A stretch of DNA of 64,000 nucleotides from Thermoanaerobaculia bacterium. GTDB taxonomy: Bacteria; Acidobacteriota; Thermoanaerobaculia; UBA5066. The number at the start of each line of letters is the position of its first letter. Within the stretch, counting starts at the first letter, position 1. The position numbers and the translations under genes are program-made. Location of the stretch: positions 1,824,001-1,888,000 of the forward strand of contig CAVRAY010000001.1 of assembly GCA_963719225.1 (NCBI GenBank), written 5' to 3'. The notes under the pieces are model-generated. The model was not told the origin of the DNA, made no database searches, and saw nothing but the letters and a program-made list of their open reading frames with translations. Shown here piece by piece: positions 46,662 to 58,882 of the stretch.

Positions 46662-47852
46662 ATGCCGCATCGGATTCTCTTGGCGGACGACAGTCTGACC
46701 ATACAGAAGGTCATCGAATTGACTTTCTCGGGTACGGACTTCGAGCTCAAGGCGGTCGGCAACGGGGACCTCGCGGTACCGCTCCTCGATTCCTTCTCGC
46801 CGGACATCGTCCTCGCGGATTGCGTCATGCCGGGAAGGAGCGGGTACGAGCTCTGTGAAGAGGTCAAGCGGCGTGCCGGCGGCCGTTTCGTGCCCGTGGT
46901 CCTGCTCACGGGAACCTTTGAGCCCTTCGACAAGCCGCGCGCCGAGCAGTCCGGCGCCGATTCGGTCGTGACGAAGCCGTTCGACTCGCAGAGCCTCGCT
47001 TCCCTCGTGCGCGAACTCGTGAACAAGGCCGCCGAAGCGAGGGCCGCCGCGCCTCCCGAGCCGCCCCCGGAGCCCGAGCCGCCTCCTCTCCCGGAGCCGC
47101 CGCCGGTCCCGGAATTCGAGCCTCCCCCTTCCCTCGAGGAGGAACGCGCGGAATCCACGGATCCCACTCTCGGGCGGCAGCCCTTCCACACCGTTCCGCT
47201 GTCGGCAATGCCGCCACCGCCGCCACCGCCTCCCGAACAGGACTTCTACGCCACGTCGGCGATTCCGGTCTTTCGGGAGCCCGAGGTCGAGGCCTCCCAG
47301 CCCGATTCCGAAGCCGAGGCTGGGCCGGCCGATGAGCGCACCGAAGTGCTCCCCCCCGTGCCGGAAGCCAGATCGGCCGCGTACGAAGCCAATGAAAGCA
47401 CGGAACGGCTCCCTCCCGTGCCGGAACCCGGAACGGCAGCCTACGAGATGGATCTCGGCGCTCTCGAAGACGAGCCGCCCCACCGCGACCTCGAGGCGGA
47501 CATCGCCGCGTTCGAGGCGTCCGGACGCAGCGCCACTCGGCCGGAGCTCTGGGACCTGCCCGCGGCGAAAGCCGCGGGCGTCTCGTCACTCGCCGAACCT
47601 GCACCCGGCGAGCTCGAGGCCCTTGCCGCGGAAGCGAGTCTGAGCGACCTCGAGAGCCTCATCCCGAAGGCTACGGCTGCCGCCGCGCCCGCGGTCGGGC
47701 CGCTCACCGACGACGACATCGACCGCATCGCGCGGCGGGTCATCGAGCTCTCCGGCGAACGGATCGTGCGCAAGATCGCGTGGGACGTGGTCCCGGAGCT
47801 CGCCGAGCGCCTCGTGAAAGAACGCCTCGACGAGCTGGACAAAACCGAATAG
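46662..47852 (+). CDS. RomR-like response regulator (receiver, Pro/Glu-rich linker, conserved C-terminal helix)
   Basis: ILLADDSLTIQKVI...VLADCVMPGRSGYELC...LLTGTFEPFD and C-terminal IVRKIAWDVVPELAERLVKERL; directly upstream of valS. Confidence 0.8.
   Translation: MPHRILLADDSLTIQKVIELTFSGTDFELKAVGNGDLAVPLLDSFSPDIVLADCVMPGRSGYELCEEVKRRAGGRFVPVVLLTGTFEPFDKPRAEQSGADSVVTKPFDSQSLASLVRELVNKAAEARAAAPPEPPPEPEPPPLPEPPPVPEFEPPPSLEEERAESTDPTLGRQPFHTVPLSAMPPPPPPPPEQDFYATSAIPVFREPEVEASQPDSEAEAGPADERTEVLPPVPEARSAAYEANESTERLPPVPEPGTAAYEMDLGALEDEPPHRDLEADIAAFEASGRSATRPELWDLPAAKAAGVSSLAEPAPGELEALAAEASLSDLESLIPKATAAAAPAVGPLTDDDIDRIARRVIELSGERIVRKIAWDVVPELAERLVKERLDELDKTE
47328..47447 (+). repeat. Diverged 60-bp tandem duplication in the RomR-like linker
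   Basis: ADERTEVLPPVPEARSAAYE (47328-47387) and ANESTERLPPVPEPGTAAYE (47388-47447). Confidence 0.75.
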
Positions 47853-47908
47853 GGATTTCGGGTCTCTTCCCCTGACCCGCGCCCTCGTGCGATCCTGCGC
47901 CCTCGTCG

Positions 47909-50577
<2,669 letters not shown>

Positions 50578-50581
<4 letters not shown>

Positions 50582-51363
50582 GCGGCGTCACCGACCCTCT
50601 CGAAGGCCGGTCGTTTTCGCACATCGAGAACGTCATCTATCTCCCGTCGACGTCGTCCACGAACGACGTGGCCAAGGCGATCGTGGAAAAGATGCTCGCC
50701 GAAAGCGAGGAAATCCGGCCCACGATCATCGTGACCGGAGAGCAGACGGCGGGGCACGGGCGGCTGGGACGAAGCTGGACCCCTTTGCCGGGTGCCCTCG
50801 CGGTCTCCGTCATCGTGCCGTGGCCGGAAGGCGCCGAGCGCGTCCGCCTGCCGGTGCGCGCCGGGATCGCCCTCGCGCGGGGGCTCTCCAAGGCCTTCTC
50901 CCTCGACGTGCGACTGAAGTGGCCGAACGATCTCCTCGTGGGCCGGAAGAAGCTCGGGGGCATCCTCGTCGAGGCGCGCGCGAACGACGAAGGGGAGGGA
51001 TGGGCGATCGTCGGCGTCGGGATCAACGTTCTCGGCACGCGAAAGGGCCTCGATTCGAGGGGATTGAAAGACGCGACGTCCCTCGAGGACGCCGGAGTGC
51101 CGGGGGCAAAGCTCGCCGGTGTGGCCCCCCTCTCGGCGCTCCTCGACATCCTCGACGCTCCCCTCGGCGAGGCGGGAAAGGACCCGTTGCCGGAAGCGTT
51201 CGCAGCCGTGTCGGCTCACGCGCCGGGCGACGCGATCAACGTGATGGACGCGGGGCGCTCCGTGTCCGGCGTGTTTCGCGGCGTGAACGCCGACGGAGCC
51301 TTGCGACTCTCGACCGGCCGCGGCGAGGAGACGATCGTTTCGGGCGACGTCGTCCTCTTCTAG
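50578..51363 (+). CDS. birA: Biotin--acetyl-CoA-carboxylase ligase (no HTH)
   Basis: STND, QTAGHGRLGRSW, KWPND and KKLGGIL. Confidence 0.93.
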
Positions 51364-51376
51364 GGCCGTCTGGCCG

Positions 51377-52159
51377 GTGAGCGAAATCGAAGCGGCGGGC
51401 ACCCCGTCCCCGGCCGACTCCGGCCTCGACGAGGCGGGATACGCGACGAGGATCGAGGACGCGTTCATCGCCGAGCGCGGCACGCCGTTCCTCGTTTCGG
51501 CGAAAGACTGGAGTCTGATTCGCGGCTGGCGGGAAGCGGGGGTCCCCGTCGACACCGTCGTCCGGGCCGTGCGCGAGACCTTCGAAAAGCGCCGCGCGCG
51601 CGGCCAGGTCGGGAAGATCTCCTCGCTCGCCTACTGTGCGGACGCGGTCGCCGAACGGTGGGAGATGGAACGCCGCGGCCTCGTCGGCAAGGACGATCGG
51701 GCCCCCGCGGCCGCGGACGCGGCCGCGATCGGCGAAGAGCTCGCGAAGCTCGCCGCCGCGCTTCGCGCGACGGGAGAAGAGGGGAAGAAAGATTTGCTTC
51801 GGAAAGGGAGAGAGGGGGAACCGGGCGCTACGAGCGGTGGCGAAGCACCGGGATTCGATCTGGAAGTTCTTAGAAGGGGGTTGGATCGAGCGGCGGCCCA
51901 GATCGAGGAGGTCTCGGCTGATCTTCCCTTCGAAGAAATCGAGCACAAGCTTTCGTCTATCGAGTCCTCTCTCGTGCGAGCGGGTCTGAAAGCAATGAAT
52001 TCGTTTTCTAAGTCTCTGGTCGAGGCGCGCGTGAACGAGGCTTTGGGCAATGTCGCTGGCCTCGCGCCCCACGTCGTCGAGCGCATGCGCAAGGCGCTCA
52101 CGCGCCGCGAGGTGCGGTCCCTTGCCGGCTTCCCCCCGCTGACGCTCCTCCATGGCTGA
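51377..52159 (+). CDS. Hypothetical protein, N-terminus reminiscent of DnaD-like helical domains
   Basis: IEDAFIAERG...SAKDWSLIRGWREAGVP...ISSLAYC; lies between birA and rlmD and overlaps rlmD. Confidence 0.65.
   Translation: MSEIEAAGTPSPADSGLDEAGYATRIEDAFIAERGTPFLVSAKDWSLIRGWREAGVPVDTVVRAVRETFEKRRARGQVGKISSLAYCADAVAERWEMERRGLVGKDDRAPAAADAAAIGEELAKLAAALRATGEEGKKDLLRKGREGEPGATSGGEAPGFDLEVLRRGLDRAAAQIEEVSADLPFEEIEHKLSSIESSLVRAGLKAMNSFSKSLVEARVNEALGNVAGLAPHVVERMRKALTRREVRSLAGFPPLTLLHG
51775..51940. repeat. Cluster F of the dispersed motif, inside the 51377 ORF
   Basis: Forward AGATTTGCTTCGGAAAGGGAGAGAG at 51790-51814 and AAGTTCTTAGAAGGGGG at 51864-51880; reverse GATTTCTTCGAAGGGAAG at 51940-51923. 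Confidence 0.68.
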
Positions 52160-53486
52160 GATCCGCCCCGGCGATCGCGTCGAGGTCGTGATCGAGCGCG
52201 TCGTGCCGGGCGGCGACGGGCTGGCGCGCCTCTCCGGCGTCGTGACCCTCGTGCCCGGAGCGTTGCCGGGCGACCGCGTGCGCCTTCGGGTGGGCGCTGC
52301 CTCGGATCGTCTCGTGCGCGGCGACCTGGAAGAGGTGCTCGTGTCCGGTGAGGCGCGCCGGCCGGGAGTCGAGATGTGCCCGAGGGCCCTCGACGGCTCC
52401 TGCGGCGGGTGCGACTGGCCGGCCGCGCGCCTCGAGTCTCACCGGGAGCTCAAGACGGCGCTCGTCCTCGATGCGCTCCGGCGGCTTGCGGGACTCCTGC
52501 CGGAAGATCTCCCCGAGCCGCGCTGGCTCGGGTCCCCGCGAAACTACCGCCTCAGAAACCGGCTTCATCTCGATCGCCGGGGAAACCTGGGATTCTTCGC
52601 GTCGCGCTCGAACGCCGTCTCGAACCTCGAGACGTGCGAGATCGTCTCGAACGCGCTGCTCGCGCGACTGCCCGCGATCCGCGATCACGTGCGCGGATTC
52701 GGACCGATGGAAGGGGAGCTCTGGACGCTGGAAGACCGCTCGGGGGGCACGCTGCTCGCCGAGTTGCGCCTCGGCGCGGGTGAGGGTCTGCAAATTTCTT
52801 CGAAGGTGAAGGAGAGGGGGAGGGGGCCGTTCGACGGGTTTCGACTCCTCGATGCGAGCGGCCGGGTGCTTCTTTCCGACGGACCCTCGTCTCTGGCGAT
52901 CGCGGCGGGCGGAGCCTCGTTCGACGTCTCCGTCTCCTCTTTCTTTCAAGGAAATCTGTATCTTCTCGACGCTTTTCTCGAAGAGATTCGGACCGCGCTC
53001 CGCGCGGTGCGGCCTTTTCGCGCGGTCGACCTCTATGCGGGCGCGGGATTCCTCACGCGGCCCCTTCTGGAGCTCGCGCGCGAGGTAGGTGGGGGCGATG
53101 TGACGGCCGTCGAGATCGACCCTTCCGCGTCACATTCCCTTTCTAAGAATCTTCAAACATGGCATTCGCACGGCTATCCCCTCGCGCGCTTCGTGCTCGC
53201 CTCGGCCGAATCTTTCTTTCATTCGCAGAAAAATCCGAATTCTCCGATCGATTTGATCGTCGCCGACCCGCCGCGCGCAGGCATGTCACCGAGCGTGCGG
53301 AGCGGGATCCTGCGCCTCGCACCGCGGCATCTCCTGATGGTCTCGTGCGATCCGCCGACGCTCGCCCGAGATCTGTCGGTCCTGAAGGAGCGTTACGCCG
53401 TCGAGCGCTTGACGCTGCTCGATCTCTTCCCGCAGACGCACCACGTCGAAACGGTCGCCTTGCTCGAACGGCGCGAAGTCGGATAG
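52152..53486 (+). CDS. rlmD: 23S rRNA (uracil-5)-methyltransferase, TRAM domain
   Basis: TRAM domain with GALPGD, C...CGGC cluster motif, SFFQGN, DLYAGAG, DPPRAG, VSCDPPTLARD and DLFPQTHHVE. Confidence 0.9.
   Translation: MAEIRPGDRVEVVIERVVPGGDGLARLSGVVTLVPGALPGDRVRLRVGAASDRLVRGDLEEVLVSGEARRPGVEMCPRALDGSCGGCDWPAARLESHRELKTALVLDALRRLAGLLPEDLPEPRWLGSPRNYRLRNRLHLDRRGNLGFFASRSNAVSNLETCEIVSNALLARLPAIRDHVRGFGPMEGELWTLEDRSGGTLLAELRLGAGEGLQISSKVKERGRGPFDGFRLLDASGRVLLSDGPSSLAIAAGGASFDVSVSSFFQGNLYLLDAFLEEIRTALRAVRPFRAVDLYAGAGFLTRPLLELAREVGGGDVTAVEIDPSASHSLSKNLQTWHSHGYPLARFVLASAESFFHSQKNPNSPIDLIVADPPRAGMSPSVRSGILRLAPRHLLMVSCDPPTLARDLSVLKERYAVERLTLLDLFPQTHHVETVALLERREVG
52792..53152. repeat. Cluster G of the dispersed motif, inside rlmD
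   Basis: Forward AAATTTCTTCGAAGGTGAAGGAGAG at 52792-52816; reverse AGATTTCCTTGAAAGAAAGAG at 52957-52937; reverse AGATTCTTAGAAAGGGAA at 53152-53135. Confidence 0.68.
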
Positions 53487-53495
53487 AAGCGGCGC

Positions 53496-55919
53496 ATGCG
53501 CGCGTCGTGGTCGAGAGAAGCCGGAGCCCCGTCGCTCCCCTTGGCGGGTGCTCTGGCTGCGGGGATCGTCGCGGCCGTCATCCTCCCGATCCCGCCCTCG
53601 AGAGCGCTCGGAGTCGTCCTCGCGATCGCGTCGGCGGCCGGCGTAGCGTTCGCGGGACGGCAGAGCCGGGTCCGCGTTTTCGCCGGTCTTGTTCTCGCCG
53701 TCGCCGCCGGATACTGGAACGCCCGCGAGCGCTTCCTCCTTCCCGCCCAACGCAGCGCCTCCGAGGCCCGCGAAGCGCTCGTCCGCGCGCGGGCAGCCGA
53801 TCCGGCCGCCGACGGCGCCCTCGTCGAGGTCACCGGCCGCCTCGCCGCGCCCTGGACCGCGAGCGGCTCGCTTTTCCGGACGCGGCTCGCGGTCGAAGCG
53901 GCGGCAGCGGACGGCACCCTCCTGCGGCTCGAGTCCGCTCTGCCGCTCACCGTGGCGGGGCAGCAGGATCCCTCCGGCATCGCGGAGCTGGGCGACCGCG
54001 TGCGCCTGCGCGGAACGCTCCGTCTGCCTGAGGTAGGCGGTCCGTCCCGTTCGCCCTTCGACCTTCCGCCCGAGCCGCGCCTCGCGCTCAAGAGCGCCGC
54101 CCAGGTCGAGCGGCTCGGTCCGCCGGCAGGTCTCCTCTCACCCGTGGCACGCGCCCACGCGGCCGTGAAGCGGCGCCTGCGCGCGAACCTCGCCGGCGCG
54201 GCGCCGGAAGAGCGCGGGGCGCTCGCGCTCCTCCTCGCGCTCGTGATGGGGGAGACGCAGGATCTTCCCGCGGCCACCGTCAGCGCGTTCCGCGACGGAG
54301 GCGTCGCGCACATCGTCGCGATCTCCGGATTGCAGGTCGGACTCGTCGCCGCCCTTCTCGGCTGGTTCGCGCGGCGGCTCGGGGCCTCTCTTGCCGCGCG
54401 CGACGGATTCGTCCTCGTGGCGACGGCTTCGTTCGCCGTCTTCGCGGGCGGCCGGCCGCCCGTGGTGCGCGCCGCGTTGATGATCGGTCTCTATCTCCTC
54501 GCGCGTTTGCTCGGCCGTCCCACCTCGGCGACCCACGTCCTCGGCTTCGCGGCCGTCGTCCTCCTCGTCGCCGACCCTTCCGACCTCTTCGACGTCGGAT
54601 TCCTCCTCACGTTCGCGGCCGTCTTCGGCCTGACGGCGTTCGGCGTTCCCGCGGCAAGAGCGCTCCGTGCAGCCGGGCTGCCTGCCCTCGTCGCCGATGC
54701 TCTCGGCGCGACCGCCGGAGCCGAGATCGCGGTGCTCCCGATCCAGCTCTTCGTGTTCAACGTGGTGCCCGTCGTGGCGCTGCTGTCGAACCCGTTCATC
54801 GTGCCGCTCTCGAGCGTCTTCCTGTTCGCGGGCCTCTTGCTCCTCCCGCTCCTGCTCCTGTCGCCTGCGTCTGCGGCGCTCGGCATCGTGCCGCTGCGGC
54901 TCCTCTCGGACGTCCTCCTCGCGCTGCTGTCGGCGCTCGACCGGCTGCACGCGGTGAGGATCGTGCCAACCCCCGCGTTCGCGCTCGTCGCGGCCACGGC
55001 GGCGCTCCTCATCGTCGCGGGTCTCGCGCGGCGCACCGGGCTGCGGCGCTCGGCATTCGCCGGCGCCGCGAGTCTCGCGCTCGCGGTCGTCCTCTCCCGT
55101 CCGGTGGTTGCCGAGCGAGGCAGGGTCGTGCTCCAGGCGTTCGACGTGGGTCAGGGGGACGCGTGGCTCCTCGTCACACCCGAGGGACGCGTCCTCGTGG
55201 ACGGCGGCGGGAGTCCCGACCGGGCATACGACTTCGGTCGCCTCCGGCTCGTGCCGCGCCTGACGGACGTCGGAGCAGTGGCGTTCGATGCGGTCGTGCT
55301 GACGCATCCGCACCCGGACCACGCGCGGGGGCTTCTCGCCGTTCTCACGTCGCTCCCGGTCGCGCACGTCGTCCTGCCCCGGGCGGCGCCCCGCAACCTC
55401 TTCCTGGACGAGTTCGAGGACGCGGCCGCGCGCCGGCACCTGGTGCTGGAGCGCTTCGGCGCCGGCCAGCGCTTCACGGCGGCGGGCCTGTCCTTCGACG
55501 TGCTGCACCCGGGGGACGCGCCCTACCCGCGCGCGCGGGAGAACAACGGATCGCTCGTGCTGCGTGTGACGCTCGCGGGGCGCAGCGTGCTCCTTTCCGG
55601 CGACATCGAGGCCCTTGCCGAGAGCGACCTGGTCTCGTCGGACCGGAACCTTTCGGCCGACGTCCTGAAAGTCCCGCATCACGGGAGCAGGACGTCCACC
55701 TCGGCGGCGTTCCTCGCGCGCGTCGCTCCCCGGCTCGGCCTGATCGGCGTGGGTCGCCGGAACCACTTCGGCCATCCGGCGGCCGACGTCGTCGCCCGCC
55801 TCGCGGCCGCGGGAGTCCGGACGTTCCGGACCGATCGCGACGGTGAGGTCGCCCTTCTGTTCGAAGGGGGCCGCATCCTTCCGGTCTTTCCCGAGAGCGT
55901 CGCGCGGGAGGTGCCGTGA
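53496..55919 (+). CDS. comEC: DNA internalization competence protein ComEC/Rec2
   Basis: GVAHIVAISGLQV, VVRAALM, GFLLTF, then metallo-beta-lactamase motifs DVGQGDA, THPHPDH and KVPHHGS. Confidence 0.93.
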   Translation: MRASWSREAGAPSLPLAGALAAGIVAAVILPIPPSRALGVVLAIASAAGVAFAGRQSRVRVFAGLVLAVAAGYWNARERFLLPAQRSASEAREALVRARAADPAADGALVEVTGRLAAPWTASGSLFRTRLAVEAAAADGTLLRLESALPLTVAGQQDPSGIAELGDRVRLRGTLRLPEVGGPSRSPFDLPPEPRLALKSAAQVERLGPPAGLLSPVARAHAAVKRRLRANLAGAAPEERGALALLLALVMGETQDLPAATVSAFRDGGVAHIVAISGLQVGLVAALLGWFARRLGASLAARDGFVLVATASFAVFAGGRPPVVRAALMIGLYLLARLLGRPTSATHVLGFAAVVLLVADPSDLFDVGFLLTFAAVFGLTAFGVPAARALRAAGLPALVADALGATAGAEIAVLPIQLFVFNVVPVVALLSNPFIVPLSSVFLFAGLLLLPLLLLSPASAALGIVPLRLLSDVLLALLSALDRLHAVRIVPTPAFALVAATAALLIVAGLARRTGLRRSAFAGAASLALAVVLSRPVVAERGRVVLQAFDVGQGDAWLLVTPEGRVLVDGGGSPDRAYDFGRLRLVPRLTDVGAVAFDAVVLTHPHPDHARGLLAVLTSLPVAHVVLPRAAPRNLFLDEFEDAAARRHLVLERFGAGQRFTAAGLSFDVLHPGDAPYPRARENNGSLVLRVTLAGRSVLLSGDIEALAESDLVSSDRNLSADVLKVPHHGSRTSTSAAFLARVAPRLGLIGVGRRNHFGHPAADVVARLAAAGVRTFRTDRDGEVALLFEGGRILPVFPESVAREVP

Positions 55920-56869
55920 GCGCGCCGCGTCCGGGCGGCGTCCTCGCGATCGTGGGCGCGACGGCGACGGGCAAGTCCGAGCTCGCGGTCTCCGTCGCCG
56001 AGAGGCTCTCCGGGGAGGTCGTCTCGGCGGACGCATTCGCGGTCTACCGCGGCTTCGACGTCGGCACGGCGAAGCCCGCCGGCTCCCTGCGCGCGCGCGT
56101 CCCCCACCATCTCGTCGACGCGCGTGATCCGCGGGAGCCCTGGAGCGCCGGGGAGTTCGCCGCGGAAGCGCGGAGGCTTTGCGAGGAGATCCTCGCGCGC
56201 GGGAAGCTTCCGATTCTGGCGGGAGGCACGGGCTTCTACGTGAGGGCCTTCTTCGGCGGCCTCTTCGAGGGTCCTCGCCGGGACGACGAGGTCCGGAGCG
56301 CCCTCGAGGCGGTGAGAGCGCGCCGCGGAACGAACTTCCTCGTCCGGATGATCGGGTTCCTCGACCCCGAGAGCGCGGCGCGCGTCGGGGAGTCGGACGC
56401 GGCGCGTGCCATCAGGCTGCTCGAGATCCTTCTTCTCTCCGGTGAGCGCCCCTCGCGCCTTTTCCGGGAGCGCCCCGGAGCCTTCTGGGAAAAGCCGTCG
56501 GTCAAAGTTCTTCTCACGTTGCCGCGCGAGATGCTCTATGGAAGAATCGCGAGGAGGTTTCAGTCCGAGTTCGTGAACGAGCTGCCCGCGGAAGTGCGTC
56601 GCCTGCTCGCGGCGGGAGTCCCGCTCGCGGCGCCTGCATTCGCGGCGATCGGCTACCGGGACACGGCCGCGTTCGTCTCGGGCGCGCTCTCCGAGTCGGA
56701 GTGGAAGGAGCGGCTCCTGCGCGATACGCGTCGATACGCAAAACGACAGGAAGCGTGGTTCCGGCGCGAGAGGGATCTCGTCCCCGTACGCGCCGACCGT
56801 CTCGACCTCGTCGATTTCGTCGTGCGTGAGGCACGACTTCTTTTTTCCGTTACCGGCGAAGGGGGATGA
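55916..56869 (+). CDS. miaA: tRNA dimethylallyltransferase
   Basis: GATATGKS, VYRGFDVGTAKP, GGTGFY, AIGY and TRRYAKRQ. Confidence 0.95.
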   Translation: MSAPRPGGVLAIVGATATGKSELAVSVAERLSGEVVSADAFAVYRGFDVGTAKPAGSLRARVPHHLVDARDPREPWSAGEFAAEARRLCEEILARGKLPILAGGTGFYVRAFFGGLFEGPRRDDEVRSALEAVRARRGTNFLVRMIGFLDPESAARVGESDAARAIRLLEILLLSGERPSRLFRERPGAFWEKPSVKVLLTLPREMLYGRIARRFQSEFVNELPAEVRRLLAAGVPLAAPAFAAIGYRDTAAFVSGALSESEWKERLLRDTRRYAKRQEAWFRRERDLVPVRADRLDLVDFVVREARLLFSVTGEGG

Positions 56870-57135
56870 CCATGATCGGACCGAGCAAACCGCCCATAAA
56901 CGTCCAGGACGGTTTTTTCTACCAGCTCCGCAAGGACAACACGCTCGTCGAAGTCATGCTCCTGTCCGAAAGAAAGCGGGTAGGCCGGATCCGGCGCTTC
57001 GACAAGTACGCGCTCGTCCTCGAGGTCGACGGGCGCGAGGAGATGATCTACAAGCACGCCATCTCCTCGGTGACCTCTCTGGGCGGGAGCCCCGCGGCAC
57101 CCGCCACCGCTCCGGCGCGGACGCCGGCGGTTTGA
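56866..57135 (+). CDS. hfq: RNA chaperone Hfq
   Basis: NVQDGFF...GRIRRFDKY...MIYKHAIS; miaA-hfq synteny. Confidence 0.93.
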   Translation: MTMIGPSKPPINVQDGFFYQLRKDNTLVEVMLLSERKRVGRIRRFDKYALVLEVDGREEMIYKHAISSVTSLGGSPAAPATAPARTPAV

Positions 57136-58145
57136 CACGACGGTTTCCCCTCGTTTTCCTGACAGCCGCGGCGCTCACGGCTTGTTCGCCGGCGCCTCGG
57201 CCCGTGGATCCATCGTCGCCCGCCGTCCGGGCCGCGGCTCTCGCGACGCGAGCGGAGGACGAGGCCGCCAGAGGGCGGCTCCGTGACGCGCTCGACGGAT
57301 ACCGCGAAGCGGTCCGCCTCGTGCCGGAGGACGAACGCTACCGGAATCGTATCGCCCAGCTGCGCGAGGCGTTCGTGGCCTCGCTCCGCGACGAAGCGGA
57401 GCCGGCTCTCGAGCGTGGAGACCTGCCCTCCGCCCGGCGTTCCGCCCTGGCGCTCGTCGAGGTCGATCCCGACTCACCGGCCGGCTACAGCATTCTGGCT
57501 TCGGCCGCGCTGGCGGAAGGAAGGCTCGAGGACGCCTGGGCGGCCGCACGGGCGGCGCACGAGCGTGCTCCCGACGATGCCGATGTCACGGGAACGCTCG
57601 CGGCGCTCGCGATGAAAACCGCGCGCTTCGCGGAGGCCGAGTCGCTTTACGGGGAACTCGCGAAAAGCGACCCCTCCATGGTCCAGAAGCAGGCGGCGGC
57701 GCGCCTGGAGTTCCAGGTCCAGAACTTGCCGCCCCTTTCCCGGAAAGCGGTTGAAGCTCAACGCGTGACGCGCGCCCAGCTTGCGACGATCCTCGTCACA
57801 CTCGTGCCGGAGGTCGCCTCCGCCCGCGTACCGCCGGGAGCGGACGTCGCGACGGACATCCTCGACCGGCCGGAGCGAAACGCCCTCGTGAGGGCCATCG
57901 CGCTCGGCTTCTTCTCCGTGTCGCGCGAGACGCATCGGGTAGGCGTCGACGTGGCGGTGTCGCGCGCCGAGATGCCCGCGCACCTGCGCCGCGTCGCCGC
58001 GCTGCACGGAAATCCGGACGACGACTGCCTGGCGACGGCGGCGTCGCTCGCCACCTGCGGCATACTTCCGGAAACGGCGTCCCGGCAGCTCAGCGGCCGG
58101 GAGGCGTTCGCCGCCATCGACGCGACGCTTCGGCTCGCCCGCTAG
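57132..58145 (+). CDS. TPR-containing lipoprotein with SLH-like C-terminal region
   Basis: Lipobox ALTAC, TPR-like helices, and VTRAQLA / VSRAEM / LSGREA repeats resembling SLH motifs. Confidence 0.65.
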   Translation: MTRRFPLVFLTAAALTACSPAPRPVDPSSPAVRAAALATRAEDEAARGRLRDALDGYREAVRLVPEDERYRNRIAQLREAFVASLRDEAEPALERGDLPSARRSALALVEVDPDSPAGYSILASAALAEGRLEDAWAAARAAHERAPDDADVTGTLAALAMKTARFAEAESLYGELAKSDPSMVQKQAAARLEFQVQNLPPLSRKAVEAQRVTRAQLATILVTLVPEVASARVPPGADVATDILDRPERNALVRAIALGFFSVSRETHRVGVDVAVSRAEMPAHLRRVAALHGNPDDDCLATAASLATCGILPETASRQLSGREAFAAIDATLRLAR

Positions 58146-58158
58146 TGGAGGGTCTTTG

Positions 58159-58869
58159 ATGATCGTCACGGAGCTCTTCTCGAAGGTTCCTCTGTTCGAG
58201 GGGGTCTCGCCCGAGGACCGCGCGGCTCTCGCCCGCGCCGCCACGCTTCGCACCTACCGCCGGGGCGAGACCATCGTCCAGCAGGGCCAGCCCGGGGACG
58301 CGTTCTACGTTCTCGTGCGGGGCCGCGTCGCCGTCGCGATCGTCGCGCCGGACGGGCGCGAGGTGGTCCTGAACACGTTGGGAGAGGGCGATCATTTCGG
58401 AGAGATGGCGCTCCTCGACGACGCGCCCCGATCGGCGAGCGTCATCGCGCAGGAGAGGTCGGATCTCGCGATCCTCTCGCGGGCGGTGTTCCTCGACCTT
58501 CTGAAATCGAACTTCGTCCTGACACGGGCCCTTCTCGCGGCCTTCACGACCAGGCTGCGCCGTGCCAACGCCACGATCGAAGGGCTCGCCTCGCTCGACG
58601 TCAAGAGCCGGCTGGCGCGCTATTTCCGCGAGCTTGCCGTGGCGCGCGGACGGAAAGCGGGCGGCGGATGGTCCGTCGTGGTTCGACCCTCGCAGCGCGA
58701 GATCGCCGATACGATCGGCTCCTCGCGCGAGACGGTGTCGCGCACGATGTCGCAAATGGCTGCCGAACAGCTGATCGTCCCCAAGGGGAAGGCGGTCTAC
58801 GTCAAGCTCGACTCCCCGGAGGCCAACCCCACGGGCGGGTCGCCGGGCTCCTCACGCGCGACCGGCTGA
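58159..58869 (+). CDS. Crp/Fnr family transcriptional regulator
   Basis: FGEMALLDDAPRSASV cNMP-binding motif and SQREIADTIGSSRETVSR HTH. Confidence 0.93.
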   Translation: MIVTELFSKVPLFEGVSPEDRAALARAATLRTYRRGETIVQQGQPGDAFYVLVRGRVAVAIVAPDGREVVLNTLGEGDHFGEMALLDDAPRSASVIAQERSDLAILSRAVFLDLLKSNFVLTRALLAAFTTRLRRANATIEGLASLDVKSRLARYFRELAVARGRKAGGGWSVVVRPSQREIADTIGSSRETVSRTMSQMAAEQLIVPKGKAVYVKLDSPEANPTGGSPGSSRATG

Positions 58870-58882
58870 GGACACCCGGTCG

